64,000 nt of DNA, taken from contig CBFDEM010000018.1 of assembly GCA_965603825.1 (NCBI GenBank), positions 434,001-498,000 of the forward strand, written 5' to 3'. Position 1 is the stretch's first letter; each line of letters begins with the position of its first letter. Below the pieces are notes generated by a model that worked only from the letters and a program-made list of their open reading frames with translations, was not told where the DNA came from and ran no database searches. Shown here one piece after another: positions 61,110 through 64,000 of the stretch. This DNA is from Blepharisma stoltei ATCC 30299. Lineage: Eukaryota > Protista > Ciliophora. Position numbers and translations under genes: made by a program.

Positions 61110-63068
61110 ATGGGTCTTGAAGAAGAGAGACAAAAAGTTAATTTTTGTGTCACGAACCTTTCCCGTTTTTTAATTTCTCAAGTACTCCCAGAAGTTTCTT
61201 TTGAAAGATGGAGAGAGCTAAAAGAAAAAATCATTAAAGTCCCAGCCTTAATTAATTCATTAGAATGCTACTCAGATACAAGAGAAGATGCCCTCAATAG
61301 AGGAATCAGACACGGCATGGCTTTGAGAGATTTTAGCATCAGAGAAAAATTAACCTCTGCAGAAAGAAGAATTGTTATGGGTTTCTTTCCTCAGTTGAGC
61401 CCTTACATTCTTCACTATGATTTCTTTATGAATGGCTTCTTTCTTCAGGCTAGCGAGGAACAAAAAGCTCAATTTGCAGATAAATTTGAAACCTTAGAAG
61501 TTGTCGGTTGTTATGCCCAAACTGAGCTTGGCCATGGCTCAAATGTAAGAGGCCTTGAAACTCAAGCCATTTATCATGCTGAACGAGATGAATTTATTTT
61601 AAACAGTCCTACAATAACATCAATGAAGTGGTGGATTGGAGGACTAGGCATTGCTGCAACACACGCATTAGTCGTTGCTAAACTTATTGTCAAAGAACAA
61701 GATCTCGGGCCACATACATTTTTTGTCCAAATCAGAAACATGAAGACTCATTCTCCATTGCCTGGAGTTTTTGTAGGAGATATTGGCCCAAAGCCAGCAA
61801 ATCACGCCACAGATAATGGATTTTTAAGGTTTGAGTTTGCTAGAGTCCCAAAAAGTGCAATGCTAACAAGATTTGCAAGAATAAACGATAAAGGAGATTA
61901 TGAAATTTTAGATCCAAACGCTTTAAAAATTTTATATTCCTCAATTGTAAGAGCTAGAACTAATTTAGTCAAAGACGCCTGGCATTTTTCAGTTATCGCA
62001 GCAACCATTGGTATTCGCTATTCACTAGTAAGAGAGCAATTCCCAGACCCAGAAAATCCTAAAGCTGAGCGAAAATTAATCGACTATCAAATCCAAAGAT
62101 ATAAGCTATTCACAGTCTTATCAAGACTCTATGCGACCGTATTTGTGAGGTCGTCAATTACTGAGCTTTATAATGAATCTGAAAGAAGAATGGTAACTTT
62201 TGACGGCTCTTTACTAGGAGAACTACATGCTTTATCGTCACTTTATAAAGGATATATCACAGCAATAACATTAGAAAATATTGAAACATGTAGGAGATGC
62301 TGTGGAGGACATGGATACTCCATGTATTCAGGCCTCCCAAGCTTATACGCTACCTATTTGCCGTCAGTCACTTATGATGGTGACAATAGTATACTAACCC
62401 TTCAAGCAGTCAGATATATGGTAAATACCATTAAAAAAATCAATAAAGGTCAGCCTGTCCCTGATAAATATTCATTTTTAGCTAAACCTATCCCCAATCT
62501 TTCAGGAACCCAAAACCCAGCCTGTCCTAATTTCCACCAAGCTTGTTTCCAGGCCATTTCTCATTACACGCTACATAAGCTCGCCAAAAAAGAAGCCGAC
62601 TATCTCAAAATTGGTGCGAAAAAAGAAAAAGTTTGGTCAGATTATTTACAAGTAGAAGGGATAGAAGCTGCAGAAACCTTTTTCTATGTCTCGTCCCATG
62701 AAGACTTTATTAAAGGACTGTCATTAATTACTGATCAAAACACTAGACAAGCTGTTGAGTATTTGCGTCAAATCTATGCTATAAGTGAGATGGAGAAATA
62801 TAATGGACTTCTTTTAAACCTAGGAGCCTCTGTAGAAACAATTGAAAATATGAAGCAGACTTTATTAGAAGCTCTGGATAAAGCAAGAAATAACGCGATT
62901 GGACTTATAGAAGCTTTTGATGAGCCGGATGAAATTTTAAATTCGGTTCTTGGGAGAAGGGATGGGAATGTTTATCAATCTATGCTGAATGCAGCAAAAT
63001 ATTTGAACCCTATTAATAAGACTAGTGTCTACCCAGGGATTCAGCAGTATTTAAGGCCTAAAATTTAG
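61110..63068 (+). CDS. Peroxisomal acyl-CoA oxidase
   Basis: GCYAQTELGHGSNV, KWWIGGLG, GDIGPK, RRCCGGHGY, PKI PTS1-like end. Confidence 0.93.
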   Translation: MGLEEERQKVNFCVTNLSRFLISQVLPEVSFERWRELKEKIIKVPALINSLECYSDTREDALNRGIRHGMALRDFSIREKLTSAERRIVMGFFPQLSPYILHYDFFMNGFFLQASEEQKAQFADKFETLEVVGCYAQTELGHGSNVRGLETQAIYHAERDEFILNSPTITSMKWWIGGLGIAATHALVVAKLIVKEQDLGPHTFFVQIRNMKTHSPLPGVFVGDIGPKPANHATDNGFLRFEFARVPKSAMLTRFARINDKGDYEILDPNALKILYSSIVRARTNLVKDAWHFSVIAATIGIRYSLVREQFPDPENPKAERKLIDYQIQRYKLFTVLSRLYATVFVRSSITELYNESERRMVTFDGSLLGELHALSSLYKGYITAITLENIETCRRCCGGHGYSMYSGLPSLYATYLPSVTYDGDNSILTLQAVRYMVNTIKKINKGQPVPDKYSFLAKPIPNLSGTQNPACPNFHQACFQAISHYTLHKLAKKEADYLKIGAKKEKVWSDYLQVEGIEAAETFFYVSSHEDFIKGLSLITDQNTRQAVEYLRQIYAISEMEKYNGLLLNLGASVETIENMKQTLLEALDKARNNAIGLIEAFDEPDEILNSVLGRRDGNVYQSMLNAAKYLNPINKTSVYPGIQQYLRPKI

Positions 63069-63069
63069 A

Positions 63070-64000
63070 TTATTTAGAACTTTTCTTAATTTTAAGATTT
63101 TTTGAATTAACCATCATCAATTGAAGCATTTTTTCTAAAGCTTCACATTCATTTGTGATCCTTTCTTTATAAAATCCGTAAATTCCGATATACGTTATGC
63201 ACTGTTCAAATTCGAGATAGGAAATTCTATCAGCAACTGTGTCAACACTCATAACAAGTCTAAAAATTCGAGCTGTTTCTAGATTTGTGACTAGTCCAGG
63301 AATGAATTTTACATCTATTCCAAGCTGGACCATATTAGCAAGTTTTATCATTTTTGGAGAAATTAGTTCTTGTGTGGAATATCTTATGAACAAAAATTGT
63401 AATAATTTTCGATTTTTTCGTAAAATTTCTTCAATTTCAACTGACTCAAAAGCTTGCTTCCAGTTAGAAAAATTTATGTCAATATAATCCAGTCTATGCC
63501 CAGGTATCGTTATATTACTCAATAAAGCTTCTAAATTACTTTGTATGCTTTTTCCTTGAACATTTAGCTCTGATATCTCTACCATCAAGTTTATAAACTT
63601 AAACAAATCGACTTTTCCTTTGAGGCACACCTGATGAAATATTAAATTTGCTTTTTTTATAGTAAAATGCTTTGATAATAAGTTAAGCTCGGTAACCAAA
63701 ATTCTGAACTGTGTAATGGTTATACAATTTTGGCTTCAGTCTGAAAAGCTGGAATATTTCAAAAAAATTTCCTTTAAAATTTCTAATTATTTCATACTGA
63801 AATTCTGAAAACCAATTCTAAGGACTATTCTGTCGACTTCTGGGTCAGGGGTTGCTAGATTTCCTGCACATGTGTTTGCCCGTGATCCCATCGTTAGTGT
63901 GGTTTGGCGAGAATCAGGCCTTGAAAGGTTTCCTGACTGAGTCCTTTGTAATGTGGTTCTTTCTAGGTCTACTCTTAAGTCATTCAGCCCGTTTAGTTCA
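63070..64000 (-). CDS. Hypothetical protein, 5' end outside the window; 1 UGA and 1 intron
   Basis: Frame open to the window edge after reading TGA (63736-63738) as Trp and removing intron 63783-63797. Confidence 0.7.
63783..63797 (-). other. 15-nt intron GTATGAAATAATTAG
   Basis: Removes an in-frame TAA; A at position 10. Confidence 0.75.

Overview
Gene-dense, AT-rich eukaryotic DNA with the hallmarks of a heterotrich ciliate macronuclear genome, most likely Blepharisma or a relative (inferred). (1) The genetic code is non-standard. About 45 in-frame TGA codons, many at family-invariant Trp positions, join the fragmented ORF track into full-length genes, and every complete gene ends in TAA or TAG. 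(2) Eight tiny GTA...(T/C)AG spliceosomal introns were found (seven of 15 nt, one of 16 nt), all with an A six nt from the 3' end. (3) An unannotated ~160-nt U1-like snRNA at ~17628-17790 has a rewritten 5' splice-site recognition sequence (AAUUACAAU instead of ACUUACCU), complementary to the U|GUAAUU donors of two tiny introns in this window. About 40 protein genes are present, including NDOR1, MRE11, two PKG paralogs, a SUMO protease, RPT6, alpha-tubulin, WDR59, CK1, RBR and RNF114-type E3 ligases, a PDI-like protein, a slicer-competent PIWI, GCN2, two Rabs and acyl-CoA oxidase. There is also a tandem cyclin + PP2A-B'' duplication with a decayed cyclin copy and patchy identity, several apparent pseudo-enzymes, and very short (1-40 bp) intergenic gaps. 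All coordinates and alignments were derived by eye.
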